From: an uncultured cyanobacterium
Lineage (GTDB): Bacteria; Cyanobacteriota; Cyanobacteriia; Cyanobacteriales; CAWCAG01
Assembly: GCA_963793425.1 (NCBI GenBank)
Contig: CAWCAG010000005.1
Span: 864,001-928,000, forward strand
Length of the DNA: 64,000 nucleotides
Direction of reading: 5' to 3'
Part shown: positions 41,985-52,417 of the stretch, in pieces
Numbering within the stretch: position 1 is the first letter of the stretch
Layout: every line of letters starts with the position of its first letter
Notes under the pieces: model-generated
Seen by the model: only the letters and a program-made list of their open reading frames with translations
Told to the model about the DNA's origin: nothing
The model's database searches: none
Position numbers and translations under genes: made by a program

Positions 41985-43829
41985 TTACGCGATCGCAGCC
42001 ATTTTTACTTCATTGTTGGCTAACAATTCTTGTAATTCTTCTGAGTCAACGGTTTCTTTTTCAATGAGCATTTCTGCTAAGCTGTTCAGGATATGACGGT
42101 TGTTCACTAAAACATCTTTGCAACGGTCGTAAGCTTGCTCTACAAGGCAGCGAACTTCATCATCAATGGTTGCCGCTGTTTCATCGGAGAAGTCCCGATC
42201 TGAAGCAATGTCGCGACCCATGAAGACGTTTCCTTGCTGGCGACCTAAAGCCACTGGCCCTAAGCGATCGCTCATGCCGTAGCGGGTAATCATTTGTCTG
42301 GCTACCTTAGCCACCTGTTGCAGGTCATTAGAGGCCCCTGTAGTTACTTCTTCTTCACCAAAGATGATTTCTTCAGCGATGCGACCACCTAAAGCCACCG
42401 ACATTTGGTTTTGTAGGTAAGAACGAGAATATAAACCGGAGTCCATACGTTCTTCGCTAGGGGTGAACCAAGTTAAGCCCCCAGCACGGCCACGAGGAAT
42501 AATACTAATTTTTTGGACAGGATCGTAGTCTGGCATCAAAGCCCCAACTAAAGCGTGACCAGCTTCATGGTAAGCAACTAAAGCTTTACGCTTTTCACTC
42601 ATCACCCGGTCTTTCTTCTCGGGCCCGGCTAATACCCGGTCAATGGCATCATTAACCTCATCCATGGAAATTTCTGTTAAGTCACGACGGGCAGCTAAAA
42701 TGGCTGCTTCGTTGAGGAGGTTAGAGAGATCAGCACCAGTGAAACCAGGAGTACGACGGGCAATTTTATCTAAATCTACATCCTTAGCTAAGGTTTTGCC
42801 CCTAGCATGAACTTGAAGAATTTCTCTCCTACCAGCATAATCAGGACGATCTACAACCACCTGACGGTCAAAGCGTCCAGGACGGAGTAAAGCCGAATCT
42901 AGAACATCAGGACGGTTGGTTGCGGCAATAATAATGATGCCAGTATTGCCTTCAAAACCATCCATTTCGGTGAGGAGTTGGTTTAATGTTTGTTCGCGTT
43001 CATCGTTGCCACCCCCTAAACCAGCACCCCTTTGACGACCGACAGCATCAATTTCATCGATGAAGACGATACAAGGAGCATTAGTTTTGGCTTGTTCAAA
43101 AAGGTCACGGACACGGGAAGCACCCACACCAACAAACATTTCTACAAACTCAGAACCAGAGATAGAGAAAAAGGGAACTCCCGCTTCTCCGGCTACAGCA
43201 CGGGCAAGTAGGGTTTTACCTGTTCCTGGAGGCCCTACTAAAAGTACACCTTTAGGAATTTTCGCACCAATGGCGGTGAAGCGGTCAGCATTTTTCAGGA
43301 AGTCAACTACTTCGTTTAATTCTAACTTCGCTTGCTCAATCCCAGCTACATCACCAAAGGTAACTTGGGTTTGGGGTTCCATTTGTACCCTAGCTTTAGA
43401 CTTACCAAAGTTCATGGCTTGGGAACCAGGGCCACTTTGGGCGCGACGCAAGAGGAAAAATAGGCCGACGAATAATAAAACTGGGAAGAAGAGGCTACTT
43501 AAGGCTCTAAACCAGAAACTATCATCACTGGGAGGACGCACAGCAATTTCGACATTATTTTCTCTGAGGGTATCAATAAGCTGAGGATCATTGATTAAAT
43601 TCACCTCGTATTGCTTGCCTGTGGAATCGGTAGCCCAAGCTTTACTGCGATCAGAGCTAAGTTTGACGGTTTCTACTTGATTGTTTCTTACTCCGGTGAT
43701 TAGTTCGTCATAACGCCAAGTCTCTTGAGCTTCAGGCTGTCGGTCTAAAAGCGCTGTCCCCAAGGCAATGACTACTATTGCTAGTAGTGCATATAGCCCC
43801 GCATTACGCCACTTCTTGTTTTTGTTCAC
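41985..43829 (-). CDS. ftsH3: ATP-dependent zinc metalloprotease FtsH3
   Basis: [14 protein letters not shown]-terminus, GPPGTGKT and HEAGH motifs; GTG start. Confidence 0.95.
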   Translation of the reverse strand: MNKNKKWRNAGLYALLAIVVIALGTALLDRQPEAQETWRYDELITGVRNNQVETVKLSSDRSKAWATDSTGKQYEVNLINDPQLIDTLRENNVEIAVRPPSDDSFWFRALSSLFFPVLLFVGLFFLLRRAQSGPGSQAMNFGKSKARVQMEPQTQVTFGDVAGIEQAKLELNEVVDFLKNADRFTAIGAKIPKGVLLVGPPGTGKTLLARAVAGEAGVPFFSISGSEFVEMFVGVGASRVRDLFEQAKTNAPCIVFIDEIDAVGRQRGAGLGGGNDEREQTLNQLLTEMDGFEGNTGIIIIAATNRPDVLDSALLRPGRFDRQVVVDRPDYAGRREILQVHARGKTLAKDVDLDKIARRTPGFTGADLSNLLNEAAILAARRDLTEISMDEVNDAIDRVLAGPEKKDRVMSEKRKALVAYHEAGHALVGALMPDYDPVQKISIIPRGRAGGLTWFTPSEERMDSGLYSRSYLQNQMSVALGGRIAEEIIFGEEEVTTGASNDLQQVAKVARQMITRYGMSDRLGPVALGRQQGNVFMGRDIASDRDFSDETAATIDDEVRCLVEQAYDRCKDVLVNNRHILNSLAEMLIEKETVDSEELQELLANNEVKMAAIA

Positions 43830-44081
43830 GCTTGTAAACTCCTTCTATCAGGTTGAGGATGGGAAAATCTTAATTTCTATATGTTCTTGAACCTGGATGT
43901 TTGCTCCAAGTCGAATAGGAAAGATAGGTAAAGCAAGTATTTTGATTTTAACTAACTTCTTATTAACTTATGTTAACGTCTCTCAGGATTTATTCACAAG
44001 ATGAAAAAGATTGAGTACTCCTAAATCCTAGGACGAAAAAAGGTAAAATTAGCAAGCAACCTCCTTAAATTTCCCTCCCCC

Positions 44082-45773
44082 ATGAAGCTTCGCTCTTTTT
44101 TCATTACTCTAGCAGTAGTATCGGTAATCTTACTCTCTTTAGGAGGGGGTAGCTTTTACTGGCTATTAGCTCAAAGTCCCTTATCTTTGTTGCAAGGAGG
44201 AGTAAGAAGCGAACCGGCCGCAGCCATTTTCCTACCGAAGCAAACTGCTGTTATGATATCGTTGCTAGTTAATCCTGACCGTTTAGAGAGTTTTCGTCAG
44301 TTGGTGGCTGCCCCTGATGAACGGCGAAGGGCGCATCAGGAATTTAATCAACTGAAAAATAGTTTGTTAGCAAATACCGGGCTTGATTATCAAACTGATG
44401 TGCGACCTTGGTTAGGAGATGAAGTTACTCTGGCTGTGACTTCTTTGGATTTTGACCGCAATGGGGAAAATGGCACAAAACCAGGTTATTTATTAGCTGT
44501 CACCACGAAAGATAAACAGCGTGCAACGGATTTCCTTCAGTTATATTTTGCTAAAGCGACAACATCTGGAACCACAGATTTAGTGTTTGAGGATTATAAA
44601 GGAGTTGGGCTTATTTACCAAACTCCTTTAGAGGCTTGCACAGGAGAAGGATGCCCTAAAACTATCGCTAGTGCAGTGGTAGGAGATTTTGTTGTTTTTG
44701 CGAATAATCCTAAAGTTTTGCGGGATGCTATTAATAATGTTCAGGCCACAGACTTGAATTTGCAAAATTCTCGTCCCTATCAGCAAGCTTTGCAAACCAC
44801 TGAAGAAAAAAGGATTGGGGTCGTTTTTGCTGATTTGCCGAAGCTTTCTTCTTGGCTAGCTAGTCAACCAGCCTTAGATACCAACGAAGTTAAGCAACGC
44901 TTAGCCGTAGCTTTAGCTTTGAATCGCCAGGGATTGGTAGCAGAGACAGCTTTGATTGGTGCTAAGGATGTAGATGAGCAAGGAGCAGTCTTATCTGAGC
45001 CTGTAGAAGCTCTTCAATATATACCTGGTTCTTCTGTTTTGACCTTGGCAGGAGAGGATTTAAACCAACTCTGGGAGGATATTTCAGGAGGGTTAGAGAC
45101 GGATAACCCCGCAGTGGCAGGATTGTTAACAAGAGCCGTTGCTAGCCTGCAAGGAAATTGGGGACTGAATTTACCCGAAGATATTTTTAGTTGGGTGCAA
45201 GGAGAGTATGCCTTGGCTTTGATGCCTCAAAATGCAGCAGGGAAGCAAGATTGGGTATTTGTGGCCGAAAAAACTCCTGAGTCGGAAGCCGCTATTGCTA
45301 ACTTAGATGATATTGCCAAAAATCAAGGTTTGAGTGTGGGCAAGCTTCCTTTCGGTAAGCAAGATATAACCGCTTGGACAAAGTTAGTTACAGCAGCCCA
45401 AAAGCAAAAGCAAACATCGTTACGCTTAGAAGCTGAAGTGGGGGGAGTTCGTCTTAGCACAGAAAAATACGATATCTTTGCCACCTCCCTTGATACTTTA
45501 TCCTCCGCTTTAGCTGGGAAAGAAACTTCTTTAGTCAATAGCAAAAAATTTGCTCAAGCGATCGCTAATTTACCCAAAGAAAATAACGGCTATCTTTATA
45601 TTGATTGGCGAGAAAGTGAACCTGCTTTTGCGAAAAATATCCCAGCATTCCGGATTGTTGAATTAGCTGGCCGTCCTTTGTTTGAAAACCTGCGATCGCT
45701 AACTTTAAGTAGCAGTGGTAGCAAAAACGGAGTTAGCAGAGCAACAGCTTTCTTTAAGCTCAATGATCAGTAA
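44082..45773 (+). CDS. DUF3352 domain protein
   Basis: N-terminal membrane anchor; DYQTDVRPWLGDEVTLA and IFSWVQGEYAL. Confidence 0.85.
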   Translation: MKLRSFFITLAVVSVILLSLGGGSFYWLLAQSPLSLLQGGVRSEPAAAIFLPKQTAVMISLLVNPDRLESFRQLVAAPDERRRAHQEFNQLKNSLLANTGLDYQTDVRPWLGDEVTLAVTSLDFDRNGENGTKPGYLLAVTTKDKQRATDFLQLYFAKATTSGTTDLVFEDYKGVGLIYQTPLEACTGEGCPKTIASAVVGDFVVFANNPKVLRDAINNVQATDLNLQNSRPYQQALQTTEEKRIGVVFADLPKLSSWLASQPALDTNEVKQRLAVALALNRQGLVAETALIGAKDVDEQGAVLSEPVEALQYIPGSSVLTLAGEDLNQLWEDISGGLETDNPAVAGLLTRAVASLQGNWGLNLPEDIFSWVQGEYALALMPQNAAGKQDWVFVAEKTPESEAAIANLDDIAKNQGLSVGKLPFGKQDITAWTKLVTAAQKQKQTSLRLEAEVGGVRLSTEKYDIFATSLDTLSSALAGKETSLVNSKKFAQAIANLPKENNGYLYIDWRESEPAFAKNIPAFRIVELAGRPLFENLRSLTLSSSGSKNGVSRATAFFKLNDQ

Positions 45774-45781
45774 TCAATGAT

Positions 45782-45835
45782 GTCTTCGACAAGGGCAAGC
45801 CCTACAATGATGCCTAATGGCAACGGCAAGCCGTA
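45782..45835 (+). repeat. Two SDR5-like double-hairpin insertions in a CAATGAT array
   Basis: CAATGAT[GTCTTCGACAAGGGCAAGCCCTA]CAATGAT[GCCTAATGGCAACGGCAAGCCGTA]CAG. Confidence 0.8.
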
Positions 45836-45871
45836 CAGTAATCAATGATGCTTAATGGTGATAGCACAGTT

Positions 45872-45933
45872 GTAGGGGTGACCCGTTTCCTGAGTTTGGT
45901 CGATCCACTAGGATGTAAGTTGGATCGCCCGTA
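45872..45933. repeat. REP-like palindrome family (GTAGGGGYGACCCG...GGGTCGCCC)
   Basis: Related copies at 52265-52323 and 58357-58417. Confidence 0.75.
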
Positions 45934-45976
45934 AATTAACAAATAGCAACTAGCAATTAGCCATTAGCCATTAGCC

Positions 45977-46825
45977 ATGACAATTACTGTTTCACAAATA
46001 TGGATTTATCCTCTTAAATCTTGTCGAGGAATTCCTCTTAACCAAGCTGAAGTTACCCCTAAAGGTTTTAAATGGGACAGAGAGTTTATGTTTGTTGATG
46101 AAAATGGTCAGTTTTTAACTCAAAGAAAGTATCCAGATTTAGCTAGAATTAAAGTAGAAATTGCTGATAATGCCCTTTCTTTAACCGCAGAAGATAGTAA
46201 CTTAGAAACTATACAACTTCAACCCACTTTGGAAGGTAAAGAAATTCCTGTTACGGTTTGGCGTAGTCATGTAACCGCTATTGATCAAGGAAATAAAGTA
46301 GCTGATTGGTTGCAGAAATTTCTACATGAAACTAGGAATTTCCGCTTAGTTAGACAATCCCCTCAATATCCTAGAAGCGTTAATCCTCAATACGCTATTG
46401 CTGAAGATAATACAGTTAGTTTTGCTGATGGTTATCCTTTTTTGTTGACAGCAACGGCTTCTTTGGCAGAGTTGAATAAGAGAATTAAAGAGCATTATCA
46501 AAACGAAAAACAACAAGTGCTAATGCAAAGGTTTCGTCCTAATCTTGTCATCAAAACTGAAGAAGCATTTTGGGAAGAAAAATATCAAAATATGCAAATT
46601 GGTGAAGTTACTTTTGCTTTAGTTAAATCTTGCGATCGCTGCATAATCACTACCACAGATCAAATTACAGGTAAACGCAATGAACAACAAGAACCCTTAA
46701 GGACATTAGGGACTTTTCGTAAATTCCCTAGTCAAGGTATTCTCTTCGGTGAAAACCTCATCCCTCATAATATCGGTACTATTAAAGTAGGGGAAAGGGT
46801 TACTTTTATGAATGCTAGTTGCTAG
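45977..46825 (+). CDS. MOSC domain protein
   Basis: IYPLKSCRG, FADGYP, RFRPN and CDRC motifs. Confidence 0.93.
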   Translation: MTITVSQIWIYPLKSCRGIPLNQAEVTPKGFKWDREFMFVDENGQFLTQRKYPDLARIKVEIADNALSLTAEDSNLETIQLQPTLEGKEIPVTVWRSHVTAIDQGNKVADWLQKFLHETRNFRLVRQSPQYPRSVNPQYAIAEDNTVSFADGYPFLLTATASLAELNKRIKEHYQNEKQQVLMQRFRPNLVIKTEEAFWEEKYQNMQIGEVTFALVKSCDRCIITTTDQITGKRNEQQEPLRTLGTFRKFPSQGILFGENLIPHNIGTIKVGERVTFMNASC

Positions 46826-46881
46826 TTGCTAGTTGCTAGTTGCTAGTTGCTAGTTGCTAGTTGCTAGTTGCTAATTGCTAG
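46813..46881. repeat. STRR heptamer array (TGCTAGT)~9-10
   Basis: Tandem repeat that also supplies the stop codon of the MOSC gene. Confidence 0.95.
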
Positions 46882-46974
46882 CGATGTCTTTGATGTCTTT
46901 ACTGCTCCCTGCTCCCTACTCCCTGCTCCCTTACCCTAGCAATACAATCTAAATACCTGACAGCTTAATAATAA

Positions 46975-47610
46975 ATGATAAATGAAATGGTACAACTCCA
47001 ATCCCAACCTATAACTTTTGAAGAATTTATTGCTTGGTATCCAGAACAATCAGAATATCACTACGAACTATATAAAGGAACTATTGTTGAGATGCCAAAA
47101 CCCACAGGTGAACATTCAGAAATCTCTGGATTTCTCAGCTTAGAACTAGGTATTCAATGTCGAAGGAACCAACAATCTTGCTTTGTACCTAAAGAATGTG
47201 TGGTTAAACCCTTCCGAGACTATTCTGGATATGAGCCAGATGTTATTGTACTTGATAGGCAAGCCCTTAATAAAGAGCCTTACTGGTCAACAGGTTCTAT
47301 TATTACAATAGGTACATCAGTGCGCCTTATTGTTGAGGTAGTGAGCAGCAATTGGCGTAATGATTACTATCTTAAAGCGGCAGATTATGAGGAGATGGGT
47401 ATTGCTGAATACTTAATTGTTGATTACCGTGGTTTGGGAGGTAGGCGGTTTATTGGTAACCCGAAACAACCAACAATTTCTCTGTATCAACTTGTAGATG
47501 GAGAATACCAGATTAGTCAATATCGCGGTAATGAAACTATTGAATTCTCAGCATTTCCTGAACTAAATTTGACAGCAGAACAGATATTTAAAGCTGGATT
47601 AAGTACCTAA
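46975..47610 (+). CDS. Uma2 family endonuclease
   Basis: YEL..G.IVEMP, EPDV, LIVEVVS and EYLIVD motifs. Confidence 0.92.
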   Translation: MINEMVQLQSQPITFEEFIAWYPEQSEYHYELYKGTIVEMPKPTGEHSEISGFLSLELGIQCRRNQQSCFVPKECVVKPFRDYSGYEPDVIVLDRQALNKEPYWSTGSIITIGTSVRLIVEVVSSNWRNDYYLKAADYEEMGIAEYLIVDYRGLGGRRFIGNPKQPTISLYQLVDGEYQISQYRGNETIEFSAFPELNLTAEQIFKAGLST

Positions 47611-47831
47611 TTAATCTCTGTTTTCTGAAGTTGAGAAATGAAAGTAGATTGAGATAAATAAGGTGTCACTAAAACAATTGTCCCGTGGCGACGACCATCA
47701 ATCAAGGGGTCTTTTTCAAAAATAAATTCGCTATAGTCGGCGAGATCATCAATACCAATTAAATTTAAAAATATTTCAGCGGCTAACCAAATCACTATTT
47801 TTATACACGCCTTTTGCCAATTATGTTTCAT
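47607..47831 (-). CDS. Small conserved cyanobacterial hypothetical protein
   Basis: WLAAEIFLNLIGIDDLADYSEF motif recalled from other cyanobacteria. Confidence 0.7.
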   Translation of the reverse strand: MKHNWQKACIKIVIWLAAEIFLNLIGIDDLADYSEFIFEKDPLIDGRRHGTIVLVTPYLSQSTFISQLQKTEIN

Positions 47832-48173
47832 CGCTATCTTTGCACCCTCAAGTTATGGTAGAGGTTTTTGCTGAGGAGAAAAAGAATCTCAACTATTTGC
47901 CTTATCTATCTTCTTCCTCTTTACTTTGCTAATCTTGGTTGAGCGGGAATTTTTATCAAGTTTTTTACCTCAAAACAGAATTATCCTGCTAAAAGCTTAC
48001 ATATAAACTCAGTTTGTGAAGTGCCTTTTCCTTAAAGCTCTAAACAAGATTCTATGAAGATTTGATGAAATTCCCATTAATTATCAAATAGATAGTATTG
48101 TCTGAAGCTGACTGTTTGCTATGAACTTTTTACTATCTTTATCCCTCACTTTAAGGCTTATTAAATAATTAAA

Positions 48174-48668
48174 ATGACAATCCGCGATGCTACTAAAGCA
48201 GACTTACCAACCATTGTCGAGATTTACAACGCAACTATTCCTGGTGGCACTGCCACAGCAGATACAAAACCTGTTTCTGTGGTTAGTCGCTTAAGTTGGT
48301 TTCAAGATCATGACCCTATTCATCGTCCTATTTGGGTCAAGGAAAACGAGGAGGGCAAGATTATTGGTTGGTTGAGTTTCCAGTCTTTCTATGGTCGTCC
48401 TGCCTATAGAGGGACAACAGAATTAAGTATCTATGTTGCTTCTGAATATCGTCGCCAAGGTTTAGGTAAACAGCTTTTGCAACGTGCTGTTGACCAAAGT
48501 CAAAAATTAGAGATTCATACTTTGCTGGGCTTTATTTTTGCTCACAATGAAGCAAGTTTACGATTATTTGATCAGTTTAGCTTTCGGGAATGGGGTTATT
48601 TGCCTAGGGTTGCTGAGTTAGATGGAGTTGAACGAGATTTGGTTATTTTGGGTAGGCGTATGAGGTGA
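48174..48668 (+). CDS. GNAT acetyltransferase (phosphinothricin acetyltransferase/YwnH-like)
   Basis: IYN..I....ATAD, ELSIYV...RRQGLG and IFAHNEAS. Confidence 0.92.
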   Translation: MTIRDATKADLPTIVEIYNATIPGGTATADTKPVSVVSRLSWFQDHDPIHRPIWVKENEEGKIIGWLSFQSFYGRPAYRGTTELSIYVASEYRRQGLGKQLLQRAVDQSQKLEIHTLLGFIFAHNEASLRLFDQFSFREWGYLPRVAELDGVERDLVILGRRMR

Positions 48669-48687
48669 AGTTCCAGATTTTTAAAGC

Positions 48688-49305
48688 TTATAGCCCCAGC
48701 CATCCTTTAATTAATTCCTTAAGTCCAAAGACAGCTTGCCAACCAAAAACGAATCCCAAGGTAATTAAACTCAGAGTCATAACAATACCTCCGAAGCAAG
48801 CTAACGAACCTAATAAAAGAAATAAGCCGTCAGTTTCTAAAAAACCCAAAGCAAGTAAAAAGATGCCTAGAGAGGGGAGAGTGTTGGTTAAAGGTATGGG
48901 CAAGCACATACACAAACCACACAGCAAGATTAACAATCCGTATAACCTAGTATGTTTATGGAGTAAAGGGAGGCGTGGTTTGACAAACTTTTCAAAAAAG
49001 TTGATGAATTTGAGGGCGAGTTTGAGAAATTTGCCATCTTGGGCAATATGTATACGTCTTTTACCAATAAAATTAGGCAGCCAAGGCCTTTCTCTAGCAA
49101 TAACCATTTGCCACCCCAAGGCAGCTAGGGCTAAACCAAAGGGTGTTGCATAACCGGGGGCAGGAATGGGCAGGGCTGAAGGCAAGGCTAAGATAGCGAG
49201 TAAAAAACCATAGCCATGTTCCGGAAATTTCTGCAAGATGCCATTGAGGCTTAGTTTCTTTTCTGTGGAAAAGATATCGACAATAGCTTGACTGAGAGTT
49301 GACAT
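48688..49305 (-). CDS. exoD: ExoD family membrane protein
   Basis: LALPSALPIP, PWLP and LPIPLTNTLP motifs. Confidence 0.9.
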   Translation of the reverse strand: MSTLSQAIVDIFSTEKKLSLNGILQKFPEHGYGFLLAILALPSALPIPAPGYATPFGLALAALGWQMVIARERPWLPNFIGKRRIHIAQDGKFLKLALKFINFFEKFVKPRLPLLHKHTRLYGLLILLCGLCMCLPIPLTNTLPSLGIFLLALGFLETDGLFLLLGSLACFGGIVMTLSLITLGFVFGWQAVFGLKELIKGWLGL

Positions 49306-49461
49306 AGTTTTTTACTTGAGATCAGATTAGCCATACAATAGAAATTATTGGCCAAAAGTTTCTTTTATGCCAATGGCAAACTGTCTACCTTTGACTTAAA
49401 TTAGAGTCAATTATCCAGATTTTCCATCACATACGCAAAATTACATCTGTAGCCCCAACTC

Positions 49462-50178
49462 ATGTTACAGTACGATTTGTCCCGCCTTCCTACTGCCGAA
49501 GAATTACCCTCCACTGACTTTAAACCTGTGGATAATGAACTGCAAAGATTTGTCCCCTTCCTACTGCAACAAATTCTCTACTTTATCTGGCCTGAACGGG
49601 ATGATATCTTCTTTGGTATGGATATTGGTTACTACTATGACTCTAGTCAGCCTGCTATTTCTCCTGATGGGTTTTTAAGTATTGGTGTACCGAAAAGGAA
49701 AAGATACACCAGCAATCCAAACCGAGATGGTAGGCTGAGTTATATACTCTGGGAAGAAAATTATGTTGTTCCTGTACTGGTTTTAGAATGTGTTTCTCAA
49801 AATTATGGTGGGGAGTACGATACGAAAAAGGACAAGTATGCTCAGTTAGGAATACTCTACTATGTAATTTATGATAGCGGTCGTTACTATTCAGAAAAAG
49901 GTAGTAAGAGTAAAGGAGAAGCTTTTGAAGTACATCGCTTAGAAAAAGGAAGGTATGTACGACAAGCAGGGGAACCTGTGTGGTTGCCAGAAATAGGCTT
50001 AGGAATAGGTAGAGAAACTAGAGAGTTTAATACTTGGAGGCGGGAATGGTTGTATTGGTACGACAAACAAGGCGATCGTTATCCTTCCCCCGATGAAATA
50101 GCCCAGCAAGAAAAAGCTAGGGCTGAAGTATTAGCTGCTAAGTTAAGAGATTTAGGTATTGATCCAGACCAGCTTTAA
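49462..50178 (+). CDS. Uma2 family endonuclease
   Basis: ELP.TD..PVDNELQ, PDGFLS, LECVSQ; ends LRDLGIDPDQL. Confidence 0.92.
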   Translation: MLQYDLSRLPTAEELPSTDFKPVDNELQRFVPFLLQQILYFIWPERDDIFFGMDIGYYYDSSQPAISPDGFLSIGVPKRKRYTSNPNRDGRLSYILWEENYVVPVLVLECVSQNYGGEYDTKKDKYAQLGILYYVIYDSGRYYSEKGSKSKGEAFEVHRLEKGRYVRQAGEPVWLPEIGLGIGRETREFNTWRREWLYWYDKQGDRYPSPDEIAQQEKARAEVLAAKLRDLGIDPDQL

Positions 50179-50206
50179 GCTACTATACTTGCAGGTCGCA
50201 ATCCTC

Positions 50207-50446
50207 TTAGTTCATTTTAATTTGTAGAAATTCTTTTTCTGTTGGTAGTGACAAGCTTTCCAACATCTTTTTACGTCGATTTCTCTCTTCTAATAATTGT
50301 TCCTCAGCAGCGAGCGCATCTGTTTCCTCAATTGCTTTTGGATCAATAGAATTATTTGTATTGTTGAGGATAACTACACCAGCAATAGATACCGCGATCG
50401 CTGCAATAGTTGTTAAATAAATTCTCTTTCTCATCAGTTTCCCCAT
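50207..50446 (-). CDS. Small hypothetical membrane-anchored protein
   Basis: 79 aa with an N-terminal hydrophobic helix. Confidence 0.5.
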   Translation of the reverse strand: MGKLMRKRIYLTTIAAIAVSIAGVVILNNTNNSIDPKAIEETDALAAEEQLLEERNRRKKMLESLSLPTEKEFLQIKMN

Positions 50447-50710
50447 TTTGCTCTTGAATTAGCTTTATCGTCTACCTGTACACCAAGGTTAGATGGAAAC
50501 AGGATTAACTGCGATCGCAACACAAAGATATTAAGCAACAAGAAATAGTATCTTCAGTTATTACTTACGCGATGTGCAACTTTCAGTAACTGACACCAAA
50601 TCGGTTGATGGAGAATCTTTATAAAATTGTGAGAATAAAAATCTCAAATCTGTTCCAGTGTAGCCTAACGGCAACGCTACGCTAACCCTACACCTTAAAA
50701 TCTTAAAAAC

Positions 50711-50822
50711 CATACTAGAGTCCTATTTAGGATGACATCTAGTTCTCATCAAAACCGAACCCCTAGTCTATTAAAATAGACTTTACATACTAGCCAGGAA
50801 CTTAAGTTCCTGGCTGGCGGGC
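50711..50822. repeat. Composite palindromic intergenic repeat
   Basis: CATACTAG occurs twice; palindromes AGTCTATTAAAATAGACT and AGCCAGGAACTTAAGTTCCTGGCT. Confidence 0.6.
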
Positions 50823-50888
50823 TAGCTGATAAACAAGGTGATTCCTCAATTGCACACCACGTTACTTATTACTTCCCCCTTTCTCCCC

Positions 50889-52229
50889 TCACTCGCAAGT
50901 AATCGAAAGATCATCTACCCAAACACGAGGACAAACCCCACCCGGAGTCACTTCTGCTTCCTTTTCCACATAAACAATTGCTTGCAACAACTCCCTAAAG
51001 TCTCCAGCAATGGTAGCAGAATCGATGCTAGTGCGTTTACCTTTTTCAATTAACCAACCATCAAAAGGTAAAGAAAAGGAACCTTGCAAAGCGTTTACTC
51101 CAGCATGGAGGGCGCTTAAATCATCGATCAAGATAACTTTTTCTGCTTCCTCTAAACTGTATTTCTGTTCGGCTGCTTCTCCTGCAAACACATGGTAATA
51201 ATGAGGACTGACGGTTACTTTCGCCCCGCTATTAGCATTGCCAGTAGGTTGGGTATTCATGCGTTTTGCTGTTCCTGCACTGTGGAGGAAATTCATTAAT
51301 ACCCCTTTATCAATTAAGGGAACACAACGAGTCGGAGTTCCTTCTCCGTCAAAGGTTTCCGCCGCAACATTTTCTGGATGCAAGGGATTATCGTTAACTG
51401 AAAGTAGGCCAGAAGCAATCAATTTGCCTAAAGATTCTGGAGTTGACAAACTACGATTGTCAAGGACACTCTGGGCATTAAAGAGGTTAGAAAATGCTCC
51501 CAACAAACCTAAAAATGCTTCAGCAGAGAAGACAACGCGGTATTTACCTGTGGGAATTTTATGATAATCAAGATGACTAATGGTTTTTTGTAGTGCTTCT
51601 TGCAAACAATCTTCTACAGGTAATTTAGCTACACTGGGGCTAACTTTATAACTCCCGGCACTGCGAGGCTTTTTGCCTTCTTCTTCAGTGGTGGTATAAA
51701 GATAAACCGCAGCATAGGAACGTTCTTCTTTACGCAATGCACCTTCACTGTTTAAATAAAAACGATCTACATCCTGCTGACTTAAGCCGTTGTAGGGAAC
51801 TTGTTTAATGGCAGGGTGGGCATTAACTAATTCTTGTTCCAATTTCACCAACTGCTCAATCAACTGAGAAACCGGGGCTTGTTCAGCTTTGCCATTCTCT
51901 ACCTCAGCAGCATTAGCTTTGGCTTCAGGGCTAAAATCCGGTACGTTTTCTGTTACCCCAAAGTAACTTGCTTCTTGGGCAGTTTGCAAAGCTAATTCAA
52001 TACCTCTAGGATCAACATCGGTGGTAGATGTCACTCCCATAGTATTTTTTTCATTCCAAACCCGCACAATGACATTAGAACGGTTAGAAGCCTTAACCTG
52101 CTTCGGTTCACCACTATCTACTTGTACACTAGTTTGGTCAACAGTGGAACCATAAATGTCGTATTTGTTAATGCCAAGTTGCTTGGCACTAGTTTGGGCA
52201 TAGTTCGCTATTTCTTTGATTGCAGTCAT
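50889..52229 (-). CDS. pmbA: PmbA/TldE family protein
   Basis: FDGEGTP and GSFSLP motifs; directly downstream of tldD; start at the ATG at 52229. Confidence 0.92.
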   Translation of the reverse strand: MTAIKEIANYAQTSAKQLGINKYDIYGSTVDQTSVQVDSGEPKQVKASNRSNVIVRVWNEKNTMGVTSTTDVDPRGIELALQTAQEASYFGVTENVPDFSPEAKANAAEVENGKAEQAPVSQLIEQLVKLEQELVNAHPAIKQVPYNGLSQQDVDRFYLNSEGALRKEERSYAAVYLYTTTEEEGKKPRSAGSYKVSPSVAKLPVEDCLQEALQKTISHLDYHKIPTGKYRVVFSAEAFLGLLGAFSNLFNAQSVLDNRSLSTPESLGKLIASGLLSVNDNPLHPENVAAETFDGEGTPTRCVPLIDKGVLMNFLHSAGTAKRMNTQPTGNANSGAKVTVSPHYYHVFAGEAAEQKYSLEEAEKVILIDDLSALHAGVNALQGSFSLPFDGWLIEKGKRTSIDSATIAGDFRELLQAIVYVEKEAEVTPGGVCPRVWVDDLSITCE

Positions 52230-52380
52230 CTTTTGTTCGATAATAGGTAAACGTTGCAAATAACAGGCGACCCAATGTAGATTATTATTGCTCAAAAATA
52301 CTTGACAAACGGGTCGCCCCTACATTTGTCATTCTTCAGCTAGCCATTGTCGCAAGCATCACTAATAACTGTTCATTGAT

Positions 52381-52404
52381 GCCTAACGGCAACGGCAAGC
52401 CGTA
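52381..52404 (+). repeat. SDR5-like 24-nt insertion at TGAT^CA
   Basis: CATTGAT[GCCTAACGGCAACGGCAAGCCGTA]CATTGAT. Confidence 0.8.
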
Positions 52405-52417
52405 CATTGATAACTGA

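Noticed and set aside
43060..43584. 174-aa plus-strand ORF and similar ones (8295-8639, 11894-12172, 35239-35619, 40112-40555, 48665-49153, 51238-51564)
   Set aside because: Antisense shadows of well-supported genes with no motifs of their own.
43955..43980. HLR1/RpaB-like direct repeat upstream of ftsH3
   Set aside because: GTTAA repeats at 10-nt spacing but matches the TTACA consensus poorly.
46975..50178. Uma2 genes as a restriction or defence island
   Set aside because: Uma2 paralogues are abundant and scattered in cyanobacteria, and no methylase or defence neighbours are present.
52230..52295. Extended N-termini in the ORF track (pmbA, rpmA, nblA, upp, GT2 at 58330, AAA at 27447)
   Set aside because: The extensions run through repeats or UTRs; downstream ATGs match the family starts.
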